Source: an uncultured delta proteobacterium (GTDB lineage Bacteria > Desulfobacterota > Desulfomonilia > UBA1062). Taken from it: a stretch of 64,000 bases of DNA. Positions 9,397 through 19,712 of this stretch are shown here, piece after piece. The notes beneath the pieces are model-generated. The model was given only the letters and a program-made list of their open reading frames with translations, was not told where the DNA came from and ran no database searches. The position numbers and the translations under genes were made by a program. The number at the start of each line of letters is the position of its first letter. The stretch's first letter is position 1. The DNA lies in assembly GCA_963798485.1 (NCBI GenBank), contig CAWCTR010000023.1, positions 73,863 to 137,862 on the forward strand. Direction: 5' to 3'.

Positions 9397-11304
9397 TCAC
9401 CTGACCCGTGCGCCAACCTTGGGCACCCGCTCAAAGGTTACGAGAGTAAGTTTGCCGTCATGGCCGTCGGTGGCGAGCAGCATGCCTTCGCTTTCAAGAC
9501 CCATGAGCTTGGCCGGTTTCAGGTTGGCCACCACGGCTATGTACTTATCAACAAGGTCTTCAGGCCTATATGCCGTTCCGATACCGGCAACGATCTGGAT
9601 GGTCCTGCCCACATCGACCTTCAGGATCACAAGCTTGTCTGACTTCTCAACGGCCCGGGCCTCCATGATCCTGCCCGTTTTTATCTCTATACGACCGAAT
9701 TCACTGATATCAATAAGATTGTCAGGTACCTTGTCGGTTTTTTTATCAACCTTGTCCTGGGTCTCCTCTTTGGGAGAGCCCATCTTCTCTACCCTGGGGA
9801 ACAAGGCTTGGGCCTGACCGATCTTAATGCCGGGATTGAGATGCCCAAAAGAGTTCAGGTCCTTAAGCAAGATAATACTGTTTATCCCCATAAGATCAAG
9901 GATTGCCCGTGAGATTCCGGGCATTACCGGGAAGATGAGCACCGAGACAAACCGTATGGATTCCATGATATGGTACATGACCGTGGCGAGCCGCGGCATA
10001 TCCTTTTTGGCGAGCTCCCAGGGGGCCATCTTGTCGATGTATTTATTCAGGGCCGAGATGAGCGACCAGATCGACATGAGGGCCGTATGCAGCTCCAATG
10101 CCCCCATCTTGGCGGTGTAGTCCTCTACCACCTTCACGGCCAGGTCTTTCAGCTCACGGTCAATGTCCAAGGTGGCAGGCTCGGGAGAGGGGAGAATGCC
10201 GTTAAAATATTTTGCCACCATAGAGGTGCTCCTGCTCACCAGGTTGCCCAGGTCGTTGGCCAGGTCCGCATTATACCTCTCGATGAGTGCCTCTTCCGAA
10301 AAGTTGGAGTCGAGCCCGAAGACCATATCGCGGACCAGGAAGTACCGGAAGGCATCCACCCCGTATTTGTTCTTCATCTCGAGCGGGTCCACCACATTAC
10401 CAAGGCTCTTGGACATCTTGGTGGCATCAACATTCCAGAATCCGTGCACATTGAGGTTCTTGTACGGCTTCGCACCCATGGCCTTGAGCATGGTGGGCCA
10501 GTACACGGCATGCGGCTTGAGGATGTCCTTGCCCACGAGGTGCTGGGCTTCGTTCCAGAAATCCTTGAAATGATGGCTATCGGGGTAACCAATGCCTGTG
10601 AGGTAGTTAATGAGGGCGTCAAACCATACATAACAGACAAACTCGGTGTCAAAGGGCAGCTCGATGCCCCAGGAAAGCCTTTTTTTGGGCCTGGAGATGC
10701 ACAGGTCGTCGATTGGGCCCCGCAACATGCCGAGCACCTCGTTCTTGTACCGCTCGGGCCGGATAAACTCCGGGTTGTTTTCAATATACCCTATAAGCCA
10801 GGGCCGGTATTTTTCCATCTTGAAGAAATAGTTCTTTTCCTGGACAAAGGTCAGTGGCGTTAAGTGGATGGGGCACTTACCGTCAACCATCTCGGTCTCT
10901 GTCATGAAGCGCTCGCAGCCCGTGCAGTAGTGGCCGCCGTATTCCCCGAAGTAGATATCGCCCTTGTCGTATACCTCTTGGAGGATCCGCTGAACGGTCT
11001 TTATGTGGTCCGGCTCGGTAGTGCGGATGAAGCGGTTGTTTTCCACCTGTATCTGGGGCCAGAGGTCGCGGAAGCGCCGGCTGTTTTCATCCGCAAGGTC
11101 TTTTGCCGTAATGCCGAGCCCCTTGGCCGTTTCCATGATCTTGTCGCCATGCTCGTCCGTACCGGTGAGAAAAAATACCTCCTCTCCAAGGAGCTTGTGA
11201 AAGCGGGCCAGGACATCACCGATGACCGTAGTATAGACATGTCCGAGGTGGGGTTTGGCATTCACATAGTAGATGGGTGTGGTCACGTAGAAGTACTGTT
11301 TCAT
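9397..11304 (-). CDS. metG: Methionyl-tRNA synthetase with C-terminal tRNA-binding OB domain
   Basis: TTPIYYVN, HLGH, GTDEHG, YVWFDAL, KMSKS; C-terminal NLKPAKLMG.ESEGM. Confidence 0.97.
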   Translation of the reverse strand: MKQYFYVTTPIYYVNAKPHLGHVYTTVIGDVLARFHKLLGEEVFFLTGTDEHGDKIMETAKGLGITAKDLADENSRRFRDLWPQIQVENNRFIRTTEPDHIKTVQRILQEVYDKGDIYFGEYGGHYCTGCERFMTETEMVDGKCPIHLTPLTFVQEKNYFFKMEKYRPWLIGYIENNPEFIRPERYKNEVLGMLRGPIDDLCISRPKKRLSWGIELPFDTEFVCYVWFDALINYLTGIGYPDSHHFKDFWNEAQHLVGKDILKPHAVYWPTMLKAMGAKPYKNLNVHGFWNVDATKMSKSLGNVVDPLEMKNKYGVDAFRYFLVRDMVFGLDSNFSEEALIERYNADLANDLGNLVSRSTSMVAKYFNGILPSPEPATLDIDRELKDLAVKVVEDYTAKMGALELHTALMSIWSLISALNKYIDKMAPWELAKKDMPRLATVMYHIMESIRFVSVLIFPVMPGISRAILDLMGINSIILLKDLNSFGHLNPGIKIGQAQALFPRVEKMGSPKEETQDKVDKKTDKVPDNLIDISEFGRIEIKTGRIMEARAVEKSDKLVILKVDVGRTIQIVAGIGTAYRPEDLVDKYIAVVANLKPAKLMGLESEGMLLATDGHDGKLTLVTFERVPKVGARVR

Positions 11305-12296
11305 GGCTGAGGGCTCCTTTTTTTCCGTGCATTGCGATTTCGTGACCTCTTTCTCTTGGGTTTGGGTTTGGTGGCGATCATGGGCACCATGGGGGGTTCT
11401 TCTCCCACCGGTTCTTCCTCCAGGAGGATCTCTCCCTCCTTTCCCTGTGATGGGCCTTTGCGATCACCGAGTTGCAGGAATTCTTCGGCGGTAAGGATGT
11501 CTGAGACGTTGGCCTTGATAAAACGTCTGTCCGTGAGCTTTGCCACAAAGGTCTGGTTGATGACATTGATGCTCACCACTATTGCCTCCCCCTCGCTAAG
11601 AAAGACTTTTTTGCCCGGCTTGGGGAGGTTTTCGATGAGATTTGCATAGGACTCCTTCTCATAGGCAAGACAACACTTGAGCTTCCCGCACAGCCCTGAA
11701 ATCTTGGTGGGGTTGAGTGTCATATTCTGGTTCTTCGCCATCTTTACGGAAATCCGCTGGAAGTTGGTCAGGAAGGTGGCGCAGCAGAGTTCCCTGCCGC
11801 AGCTCCCTATTCCACCAAGCATGGCCGACTCCTGCCGTGTCCCTACCTGGCGAAGTTCGATCCTTGTGCGGTAACGCTCTACCAGGTCTTTGAGAAGCTC
11901 CCTGAAATCAACCCTTCCCTCTGAAACAAAGGAGAAGGTGATCTTGTTCTCGTCAAAGAGCTGCTCCACCATGATGAGCTTCATGGACAAGGCCCGTGCC
12001 CTGATGCGTTCATGGCAGAAGGCAAAGCAGTCTTTTTCCTTGGCGCGTATCCGATCGAGCTTTATCAAATCCTCATCGGTCATCTTGCGGATAACCGGTT
12101 TGATTTCTTCCAGCCCCGATGCCTCATCCTCTTTTGTGTATCCGATGACCCGCGCTGCACAGAGTCCCGCTTCAGTACTCACGATGACCATATCCCCCTG
12201 GTCAAGCTCCAGGTCCTGGGCATCGAAGATATAAGGCGTCGGTATGGTATCGAATCTTACACACACGAGTCGTTTTGCTTTTTCTGTAGTTTCCAT
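11301..12296 (-). CDS. ricT: PSP1/RicT (YaaT) family protein
   Basis: GRVDFRELLKDL, TRIELRQVG, GGIGSCGRELCC and KISGLCGKLKCCL motifs; start chosen at METTEK (see leaderless finding). Confidence 0.9.
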   Translation of the reverse strand: METTEKAKRLVCVRFDTIPTPYIFDAQDLELDQGDMVIVSTEAGLCAARVIGYTKEDEASGLEEIKPVIRKMTDEDLIKLDRIRAKEKDCFAFCHERIRARALSMKLIMVEQLFDENKITFSFVSEGRVDFRELLKDLVERYRTRIELRQVGTRQESAMLGGIGSCGRELCCATFLTNFQRISVKMAKNQNMTLNPTKISGLCGKLKCCLAYEKESYANLIENLPKPGKKVFLSEGEAIVVSINVINQTFVAKLTDRRFIKANVSDILTAEEFLQLGDRKGPSQGKEGEILLEEEPVGEEPPMVPMIATKPKPKRKRSRNRNARKKRSPQP

Positions 12297-12414
12297 CAAT
12301 ACCATGTTAGCAACCATACATCATATTTTTCAAGTGCATCTTTCACTGAAGTTGATCATCGGGGATTTTTATGTGATAAAAGGACAAGGCGAAAGCATCC
12401 TTAATGGGGGGAGT

Positions 12415-13044
12415 ATGACACTCTGGGAGTTTTTTATAAAGGGCGGGCCCGTAATGTGGCCTTTATTTGCCTGCTCCATCATTGCACTTACCATTATTAT
12501 CGAGCGGCTGTTCACCTTGCGGCAGGGCAAAATCATTCCAGCAGAGCTCATAGAGGAGGTGGAACTGCTTATCCGCATGGGGAGGCTTAATGACATTGAG
12601 CAACTCCTGAAAAGGAGTTCGTCCCCCTTAAGCCCCATCATCATGACGGCTATTAAGAACGCAGGAAGGCGCCGCGAGATTATCAAGGAATACATGGAAG
12701 AGGCAGGCGCAACACAAGCTTACACCATGGAGAGGTATATCGACATCTTAGGTATCATTGCTGCGATCTCGCCCCTGCTTGGGTTTCTGGGTACCGCCAC
12801 GGGCATACTAACCACGTTCAAGGCAATAAGCACAATAGGAAACAACTCCAGCCGGCTGCTCGCCGCCGGAATCTCAGAGGCCCTCATCACCACTGTAGTG
12901 GGTCTGGCAATCGCCATACCGGTTTATGTTTGCTATCGGGTCCTCATTGCACGCAGCGATCATCTGCTCATAGATATGGAAATGACCTCTGCGAGAATCC
13001 TCGAATACCTAAAGGGTGAAACCCATGAGGTTCAGGCGGAATAA
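12415..13044 (+). CDS. exbB: MotA/TolQ/ExbB proton channel family protein
   Basis: GGPVMWPL, SPLLGFLGT and GISEALITT..GL; GGGGGAG RBS before ATG 12415. Confidence 0.9.
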   Translation: MTLWEFFIKGGPVMWPLFACSIIALTIIIERLFTLRQGKIIPAELIEEVELLIRMGRLNDIEQLLKRSSSPLSPIIMTAIKNAGRRREIIKEYMEEAGATQAYTMERYIDILGIIAAISPLLGFLGTATGILTTFKAISTIGNNSSRLLAAGISEALITTVVGLAIAIPVYVCYRVLIARSDHLLIDMEMTSARILEYLKGETHEVQAE

Positions 13045-13402
13045 AAGACTCAAGAATAAATCAATTATCGACATTACACCGCTGGTGAATGTCGTATTTC
13101 TGCTGCTGGTCTTCTTGTTGCTCGCAATGGGAGTGCCGCTCGGATTGAAGCAGAATTCCCTGATAGGGCAAAGGGAGATCCCTGCCGGCAGTTCGATGGT
13201 TGTGGTTGTCCTGCCGGGAAAGGTAGTCATCGACGACAAGCCTGTGAGCGATGGAACCCTCCAAGGATTGCCCCGAAACAGGGACATTGTTATCCTTGCT
13301 TCCAAGGAGATCCCTTACTCCCAGGTCGTAAGCATACTGGATGTTCTGAGGACGTCAGGACATACCAGGCTCTCTTTGGCGACAAAACCCGTAAACGAAT
13401 AA
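13025..13402 (+). CDS. exbD: ExbD/TolR family protein
   Basis: IDITPLVNVVFLLLVF transmembrane signature; directly follows exbB. Confidence 0.85.
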   Translation: MRFRRNKRLKNKSIIDITPLVNVVFLLLVFLLLAMGVPLGLKQNSLIGQREIPAGSSMVVVVLPGKVVIDDKPVSDGTLQGLPRNRDIVILASKEIPYSQVVSILDVLRTSGHTRLSLATKPVNE

Positions 13403-13473
13403 GAGTTTGTTTTTTCATAATCAAGCGTCAAAAGGTTTGACTTAGCAGTATCATCTCAGTAATATTATTGGAA

Positions 13474-13836
13474 ATGAAGCGAATCCTCATTATAGAAGAC
13501 GACAAGAATATTCAAGAACTGCTTCGGCAGGAGCTCAACGACGAAGGATATGCCATCACCATTGCCGGCAACGGGAAAGAGGCCTTGTCTGTCTTGAAGA
13601 ACAAGGATAGCCAGAAGCCGGACCTCATTATCCTTGATCTGAGGATGCCGGCCATGGATGGGATTGAGACCATGGGGCACATCCTGAAAATGAAGAATGA
13701 GACCCCGGTAATCATCCACACTGCATATCCCAGCTACAAGGGTGATGCCCTGGCTACGGCAGCTGATGCGTTTGTAGTGAAATCACATGACTTGACCAAG
13801 TTAAAGAATGCAATATTTGATTTGATTGGTAAATAA
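13474..13836 (+). CDS. Single-domain response regulator
   Basis: ILIIEDD, DLIILDLRMP, HTAY and VVKS; its stop overlaps the glgC start. Confidence 0.9.
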   Translation: MKRILIIEDDKNIQELLRQELNDEGYAITIAGNGKEALSVLKNKDSQKPDLIILDLRMPAMDGIETMGHILKMKNETPVIIHTAYPSYKGDALATAADAFVVKSHDLTKLKNAIFDLIGK

Positions 13837-15071
13837 TGCCATTTATAAATCCAAACAACGTTGAGGTGGTTATCCTTGCAGGTGGAAAGGGCGAACGTCT
13901 CTATCCACTGACAAAAGACCGCGCAAAGCCGGCGGTGCCGTTTGCCGGGATGTACCGCATCATTGACTTTACCTTGTCAAACTGTGTGAATTCAGGACTC
14001 AAGCAGATTTATGTGTTATCCCAGTACAAATCCCACTCCCTGAACCGCCACATCCAGCAGGGCTGGCTCTCCTTCTTTTCCTACCCCATGGGAGAGTTCA
14101 TCTATGACATCCCGGCTCAGCAGCGGATCGGGAACAGCTGGTATGAGGGCACGGCGGATGCAGTCTTCCAGAACATCTATTCCCTCCAGCAGGACATGCC
14201 CGGCTATACCCTGATCCTTTCGGGCGACCACATTTACCAGATGAATTATATGGAAATGATACAATTCCATGTGCGCAGAAAGGCGGATGTGACCATAGGG
14301 ACGGTGCCCATGCCTGTCGAAACGGCCAGCCAGTTCGGCGTAATCAGGGCCGACAAAGGTATGAACGTGGTAGGGTTCCAGGAAAAACCCAAGAAGGCCC
14401 CCTTCACCATGCCGGGCGACGCAAGCAAGGTGATGGTCTCCATGGGGATCTATGTATTCAATACCAAGACACTCATCCGCCAGCTCGTGGAGGATGCAAA
14501 GATCAAGTCGAGCTCACATGACTTCGGCAAAGACATCATCCCGCGCATGGTGAAACACAGCAAGGTCATAATGCATCCATTCAAGGGTATCATGGGCAAT
14601 GGCTACTGGCGTGATATCGGGACCTTGGATGCCTACTACGAGGCCAACATGGATCTGGTATCCGTAACGCCCGCGTGCAACCTCTATCACCAGGGCTGGC
14701 CGGTGCATACGGTATACAGCCCCTATCCTCCGGCGAAGATGGTTTTTTCCGGCGGGAAAGACGGCAAGCGAATCGGCATGGTGCTTGATTCCATCATCTG
14801 TGACGGCGCCATTGTCTCGGGCGGAAAGGTCAAGCGGTCCATTATCTCGCCCAACGTCAGGGTGCACAGTTATTCCGAGATTGAAGATTCCATGCTCATG
14901 GAGGGCGTTGAGATCGGAAGGAACTGTAAGATCAGGCGTACCATCATAGACAAATATGTCAAGATACCTCCCCGCACGACAATTGGTTATGACCCTGAGG
15001 ATGACAAGAAAAAGTTCGATGTATCCCCTGGCGGGATTGTAGTTGTTTCCAAGAACACCATGTTCGACTGA
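13836..15071 (+). CDS. glgC: Glucose-1-phosphate adenylyltransferase
   Basis: LAGGKGERLYPLT..RAKPAVPF, GTADAV, SMGIYVF, DFGKD and YWRDIGT motifs. Confidence 0.96.
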   Translation: MPFINPNNVEVVILAGGKGERLYPLTKDRAKPAVPFAGMYRIIDFTLSNCVNSGLKQIYVLSQYKSHSLNRHIQQGWLSFFSYPMGEFIYDIPAQQRIGNSWYEGTADAVFQNIYSLQQDMPGYTLILSGDHIYQMNYMEMIQFHVRRKADVTIGTVPMPVETASQFGVIRADKGMNVVGFQEKPKKAPFTMPGDASKVMVSMGIYVFNTKTLIRQLVEDAKIKSSSHDFGKDIIPRMVKHSKVIMHPFKGIMGNGYWRDIGTLDAYYEANMDLVSVTPACNLYHQGWPVHTVYSPYPPAKMVFSGGKDGKRIGMVLDSIICDGAIVSGGKVKRSIISPNVRVHSYSEIEDSMLMEGVEIGRNCKIRRTIIDKYVKIPPRTTIGYDPEDDKKKFDVSPGGIVVVSKNTMFD

Positions 15072-15078
15072 ACCCTTC

Positions 15079-16365
15079 ATGAAACGCCTTGCCCTGGTAA
15101 GCCTCGGCTGCCCGAAGAACCTGGTTGACTCGGAATACATCTGCGAGCGTTTCATCAAGGCAGGATATACCGTTGTCCAGGAACCTGAAGATGCCGACCT
15201 CGTGGTGGTGAACACCTGTTCGTTCCTGACCTCGGCTGTGGAAGAATCCGTCAATACCCTGATTGAACTTGCTCGGAGCGGCAAGGAGGTAATCTGCACA
15301 GGCTGCCTGGTGAGCAGGTATAAAAAAGAGATCCTGACAGAGCTTCCCGAGATAAGCATGTTCGCCGGGCCCGGTAGCTATGATTCCATTGTCGAGGCCT
15401 ACGAATCGGGCAAACGCTATCTTGATCCCTGTTTCACCTCCGTGGTGAAGAGATCCTTCTTCAGCAGCACTGCCAGTGCGTATGTAAAGATAAGTGAGGG
15501 ATGCAACAACCGTTGCAAGTACTGCCTTATCCCATCCATCAGGGGTTCTCTGGTAAGCAAACCTATGGAAGAGCTTATTGACGAATGCATGGAACTTGCC
15601 GATGGCGGGGCCAAAGAGATCGTCCTGGTGGCCCAGGACCTTGGCAGTTATGGGAAGGACCTGGCCATAAAGGCAGGCCTTGTCCGGCTTGTCGAGAGGA
15701 TCTCCGCATTAGAAACCGTAGAGTGGATACGACTTATGTACGTCCATCCGGCCTCACTGACCAAGGCCCTTGTCGAGCAGATCGAGGTCAACCCGAAGGT
15801 GTGCCCGTACATCGACCTGCCCATCCAGCATGTTTCGGGGAAGGTCCTTACGAAAATGGGAAGGCGGGGCGGGGCAGGTGCGGTCAGGAAGGCCTTCGAG
15901 CTTATCCATGCGTCAAAAAAAGAGATATGGGTCAGGACGAGCCTCATGGTGGGCCACCCCGGCGAGGATGATGAGGCCTTCAGCGAGCTCGAGCACTTTG
16001 TCGCACAGGGCAACATCCAACACCTCGGGGTCTTTGCCTATTCGCCGGAACAGGGCTCCAAGAGCTATACCCTCAAGGACATGCCTGAAAAACGCATTGC
16101 CGTTAAGCGCAAGCGCAGGATCATGGCGCTCCAGCAGAAGGTTTCGAAAAAAAGGCTTAACAAGATGGCAGGCAAAGAGGTAAAGGTCCTCATTGAAGGG
16201 TATCACCCCGAAACCGAGCTCCTCCTAAAGGGAAGGGCCTCGTTTCAGGCCCCGGAGGTGGACGGCATGGTGATAATCAATGAAGGTGGGGCCGATGCAG
16301 GGAACATTGCAGATGTTGAGATCACCGGTTCATGGGAATATGATCTGATCGGAAGGATCGTATGA
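15079..16365 (+). CDS. rimO: Ribosomal protein S12 methylthiotransferase
   Basis: SLGCPKNLVDSE, NTC, radical-SAM CNNRCKYC, APEVDG and TRAM C-terminus. Confidence 0.96.
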   Translation: MKRLALVSLGCPKNLVDSEYICERFIKAGYTVVQEPEDADLVVVNTCSFLTSAVEESVNTLIELARSGKEVICTGCLVSRYKKEILTELPEISMFAGPGSYDSIVEAYESGKRYLDPCFTSVVKRSFFSSTASAYVKISEGCNNRCKYCLIPSIRGSLVSKPMEELIDECMELADGGAKEIVLVAQDLGSYGKDLAIKAGLVRLVERISALETVEWIRLMYVHPASLTKALVEQIEVNPKVCPYIDLPIQHVSGKVLTKMGRRGGAGAVRKAFELIHASKKEIWVRTSLMVGHPGEDDEAFSELEHFVAQGNIQHLGVFAYSPEQGSKSYTLKDMPEKRIAVKRKRRIMALQQKVSKKRLNKMAGKEVKVLIEGYHPETELLLKGRASFQAPEVDGMVIINEGGADAGNIADVEITGSWEYDLIGRIV

Positions 16366-17342
16366 ACGATGCACGTATCATTGAGCTTGGGAGAGATGCT
16401 GTGCGCATCGAGATCGAAGGTCTCGAAGAGCTTGCCTCTCAGATCGGTGAGGGCTTTGCGCGGGCGGTAAGGATTATTTCCGACCTTAAGGGCAAGGTAG
16501 TGCTCACCGGGGTAGGCAAATCGGGCATCATCGCCAGGAAGGTGGCCTCCACCATGATGAGCATAGGAACACCCGCCATCTTCATGCACCCGGTGGACGG
16601 CCTGCATGGCGATCTCGGCTCCATCATGTCCGAAGATGCCGCTATCATCATCACCAACAGCGGCAAGACCACAGAGGTCATCAATCTCATTCCATCACTG
16701 AAAGCACTTAAGCTCCCCATCATTACGATAACCTCGGATAAGGATTCCCCGGTTGCCAGGGCATCCGATGTGGTGCTGAGGTGCAGCGTGAGCAAGGAGG
16801 CATGCAACCTGGGGCTCGCCCCTACCGCCTCCACTACGGCACAGCTTGCCCTCGGTGATGCTATAGCGGTAGTGGTCTCCCGGATCAAGGGCTTTGACAA
16901 GGATTCATTCAGAGTCCTTCACCCCGCAGGGGAAATCGGGAAACAACTCATGGTCGGCATCTCAGAGATGATGATCACGGGAGAACGCATCCCCATGGTC
17001 GGCCTCGATACCACGCTTCCTGATGTAGTAGTAGAGATGACGGCGAAAAAGCTGGGCTTCACCCTGGTAGGGAAGACCCCGAACGTAGAAGGCATGATCA
17101 CAGACGGCGACCTGAGGAGGGTGCTCTTAAAGCACGGGGATAGACTCACCGGCTTGAAGGCTAAAGACATCATGTCGCCCAAACCCAAGAGAATCAGCAG
17201 CGACAAGCTCGCCATTGATGCCCTGGATATCATGGAAAAATCTCAGATTACCTCCCTGGTTGTAACCGATGAATCCGATACCATGACCGGCGTCATCCAT
17301 CTCCACGACCTGTTGGGCAGGGGCAAACTTGGGCTGCGGTAA
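16362..17342 (+). CDS. kdsD: Arabinose-5-phosphate isomerase (KpsF/GutQ family, SIS + CBS)
   Basis: GVGKSG, HGDLG, APTASTT, HPAG and ITDGDLRR motifs. Confidence 0.93.
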   Translation: MNDARIIELGRDAVRIEIEGLEELASQIGEGFARAVRIISDLKGKVVLTGVGKSGIIARKVASTMMSIGTPAIFMHPVDGLHGDLGSIMSEDAAIIITNSGKTTEVINLIPSLKALKLPIITITSDKDSPVARASDVVLRCSVSKEACNLGLAPTASTTAQLALGDAIAVVVSRIKGFDKDSFRVLHPAGEIGKQLMVGISEMMITGERIPMVGLDTTLPDVVVEMTAKKLGFTLVGKTPNVEGMITDGDLRRVLLKHGDRLTGLKAKDIMSPKPKRISSDKLAIDALDIMEKSQITSLVVTDESDTMTGVIHLHDLLGRGKLGLR

Positions 17343-17424
17343 TTCTGTTGGGTACCTCCATCAGTCCGATCATCAAGGACGTAATTTAGTGTTTAGTCGA
17401 CAATGCCACCGCGAAATAGTACGG

Positions 17425-18057
17425 CTAGCTGTTATCAAATGTCTTTAGTATTGTGCCGGCATCCTCGACGATGAAGAGCCTGTCCATGTTCTTCAAGGAA
17501 CGCTCATGGGCCTCTGGGTCCATTGAAGAAACGCAGTCAGATATGACAACCGGATAAAACCCCCTGTTAGAGGCATCCCGCACACTCGATTCAATGCCCA
17601 TCTCGGTGGCGATGCCGGTGAATATGATTGTGGTGATAGAACGGTTGTGCAGCATGAACTCGAATTTTGTCCCAAGAAAGATGCTTGCAAAAGATTTTTC
17701 AAGGACAACATCGTCTTTTTCCGGTTCGATCGTCCCAGGGATCATGCTCTCCTGCGAGCCAGGCGACATAAAGGACGGCAGCTTGTTTACATCATCCACA
17801 TTGAACCGCCTCATCATCGAATAAAAGTACCATGATGATACAAAATTTCTGGGCATGGGCGTGATCAATGTATAGAATACAGGCATCTTGCCGCGTAATA
17901 TTTCGATGAGCGGTTTCAAAGAGGACATGAATTCCTCCTTGTTGAATATCCTGTCAACCAGGCCATTCTGTACATCCCAGACAACAAGGCATGAATGTTT
18001 GGGATCAACTATCTCCTTAAGATTTTCATACACTTCGATTCCATTTATGTTTTTCAT
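17425..18057 (-). CDS. Isochorismatase-family hydrolase (Cys-less, YecD-like)
   Basis: LVVWDVQN, K...S.F.GT and GIATEMGIESSVRDA..RGF motifs. Confidence 0.85.
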   Translation of the reverse strand: MKNINGIEVYENLKEIVDPKHSCLVVWDVQNGLVDRIFNKEEFMSSLKPLIEILRGKMPVFYTLITPMPRNFVSSWYFYSMMRRFNVDDVNKLPSFMSPGSQESMIPGTIEPEKDDVVLEKSFASIFLGTKFEFMLHNRSITTIIFTGIATEMGIESSVRDASNRGFYPVVISDCVSSMDPEAHERSLKNMDRLFIVEDAGTILKTFDNS

Positions 18058-18221
18058 CGCTTACCTCGTATCATGCGTTTCTAATCTCGTTTGGGGTTAA
18101 TCTATATGAGATCTGAGCAAAGGGAAAGTATAGTTTTTATCATTGAAAAGGTGTGTATAAATATTGAATAGGTTATTCATTCTATGAGATAATCCAGCAA
18201 TCAGCATATGGGGGCCGAAAC

Positions 18222-19460
18222 ATGAAGAAAATTTCAGTACCCTCCAGGCTTTGGTATGAGAATACCGAACGGGAGCTTATCTTTCCGGATAGATGGGATA
18301 TGACCAACCTCACCTCTCCCGGTCTCGACAAACCAGGTCTTTCACCCGAGCAGATTAGGGATAAGCTGGAACATCCCATTGACGGACCAGGCCTTGAAGA
18401 GCTCACGAAAGGGAAGAGGCAGGCTGTCATCGTTTTTGATGATATGACGAGACCTACCCCTGTCAAGGATGTGGCACCGTTCGTTTTGGATATCCTTCAT
18501 AGGGCGGGCATGAAGCGGGGCCAGATCAGATTCCTCTGGGCGCTCGGATCACATGGCGCCTATGACATGATCAATGCCAGGAAGAAACTGGGGTCTGAGA
18601 TCGTTGAAAATTATGCGGTTTATAACCATGACCCTTTTCAAAACACAGTCCGGGTAGGGAGGACGCCTACCGGGGTGGAAGTCTGGTTCAACAGGGAGTT
18701 CATGTCTTGTGATCTCAAGATCGGCATCGGTTGTATCACACCACATGTCCATGTAGGTTTCGGCGGCGGGGCCAAACTCATCATGCCGGGCATCGCAGGT
18801 ATTGAGACCATCAATCAATTTCACAACCAGTTGTTCCGGGACCCGGTCCGGACCGGTCTCGGTAACTTCGAAAACAATATCATGAGGGCAGAGTGTGATG
18901 CTGCCGGTGATCTCGCAGGATTAAATTTCAAAATCGACTGTCTCATAAACCGCAAAGGACAGATAACAAACCTCTATGCCGGTCCTTTCCGTGCCACCCA
19001 CTCTGCCGGGGCCCAGGAGGGCAAAGAACATTATGGCATCCCCTTTTCAACCGGCTATGACATCGTTATTTGCAATTCCTATGCAAAAGCCAACGAGGCG
19101 GCCATAGCCCTGCTTCTTGCACTCCAGACACTCAAGCCTGGCGCCCAAGGAATCGCTGTGCTCATATCGGATGCCCCTGAGGGGCAGGTACCCCACTATG
19201 TGATGAGGGCCTGGGGATCGGATTATGGCGGGCGGCACTACAGCCTCCGTTCACCAGGATTTGTACAGCTCCTCATGAAGAAACTCATTGTGCTTAATCC
19301 TCACCCCGACAGGACAAGTCTTGACCTGATTTGCCACCCTGACGATGCGGTTATTGTCAAAACATGGCCAGAGGTACTTACAATACTGGAAAATGACTAT
19401 CCGGGAGACGCCAGGGTCGGTGTCATCCAGGACGGCACTATGCAGTATATACGATCGTAA
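18222..19460 (+). CDS. LarA-family (nickel-pincer-dependent racemase/epimerase) protein
   Basis: DDMTRPTP, ALGSH, NHD and PH..GFGGGAK..PG motifs of the LarA N-terminal domain. Confidence 0.85.
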   Translation: MKKISVPSRLWYENTERELIFPDRWDMTNLTSPGLDKPGLSPEQIRDKLEHPIDGPGLEELTKGKRQAVIVFDDMTRPTPVKDVAPFVLDILHRAGMKRGQIRFLWALGSHGAYDMINARKKLGSEIVENYAVYNHDPFQNTVRVGRTPTGVEVWFNREFMSCDLKIGIGCITPHVHVGFGGGAKLIMPGIAGIETINQFHNQLFRDPVRTGLGNFENNIMRAECDAAGDLAGLNFKIDCLINRKGQITNLYAGPFRATHSAGAQEGKEHYGIPFSTGYDIVICNSYAKANEAAIALLLALQTLKPGAQGIAVLISDAPEGQVPHYVMRAWGSDYGGRHYSLRSPGFVQLLMKKLIVLNPHPDRTSLDLICHPDDAVIVKTWPEVLTILENDYPGDARVGVIQDGTMQYIRS

Positions 19461-19712
19461 TTTCCGTCTATATGAAACAGAAGGGACAAAGATTTCCTAT
19501 AATTATATCATATTAAATTCAATTATATATAAGGTGTGTTGTAATAAACCAGTTTTTGTTCACACTGATACCCCCTTGAAAAAGCCAGTATAAGCGGCTT
19601 CATCCGTGGCATTCAGGTCGTTCTCAAAGTCTGCGAGGGTTCCCCTGTCGCCTATGCGGGGGAAATCCCCATAAGTACAATAATACACATAGTATTAATG
19701 TTGTTAATCGTT

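Noticed and set aside
17560-17620. Isochorismatase lacking the catalytic Cys
   Set aside because: Cys-less members such as E. coli YecD are already known.
19590-19680. GC-rich hairpin-forming stretch between convergent genes, possible ncRNA
   Set aside because: No recognisable RNA family; alternative weak hairpins fit a terminator equally well.
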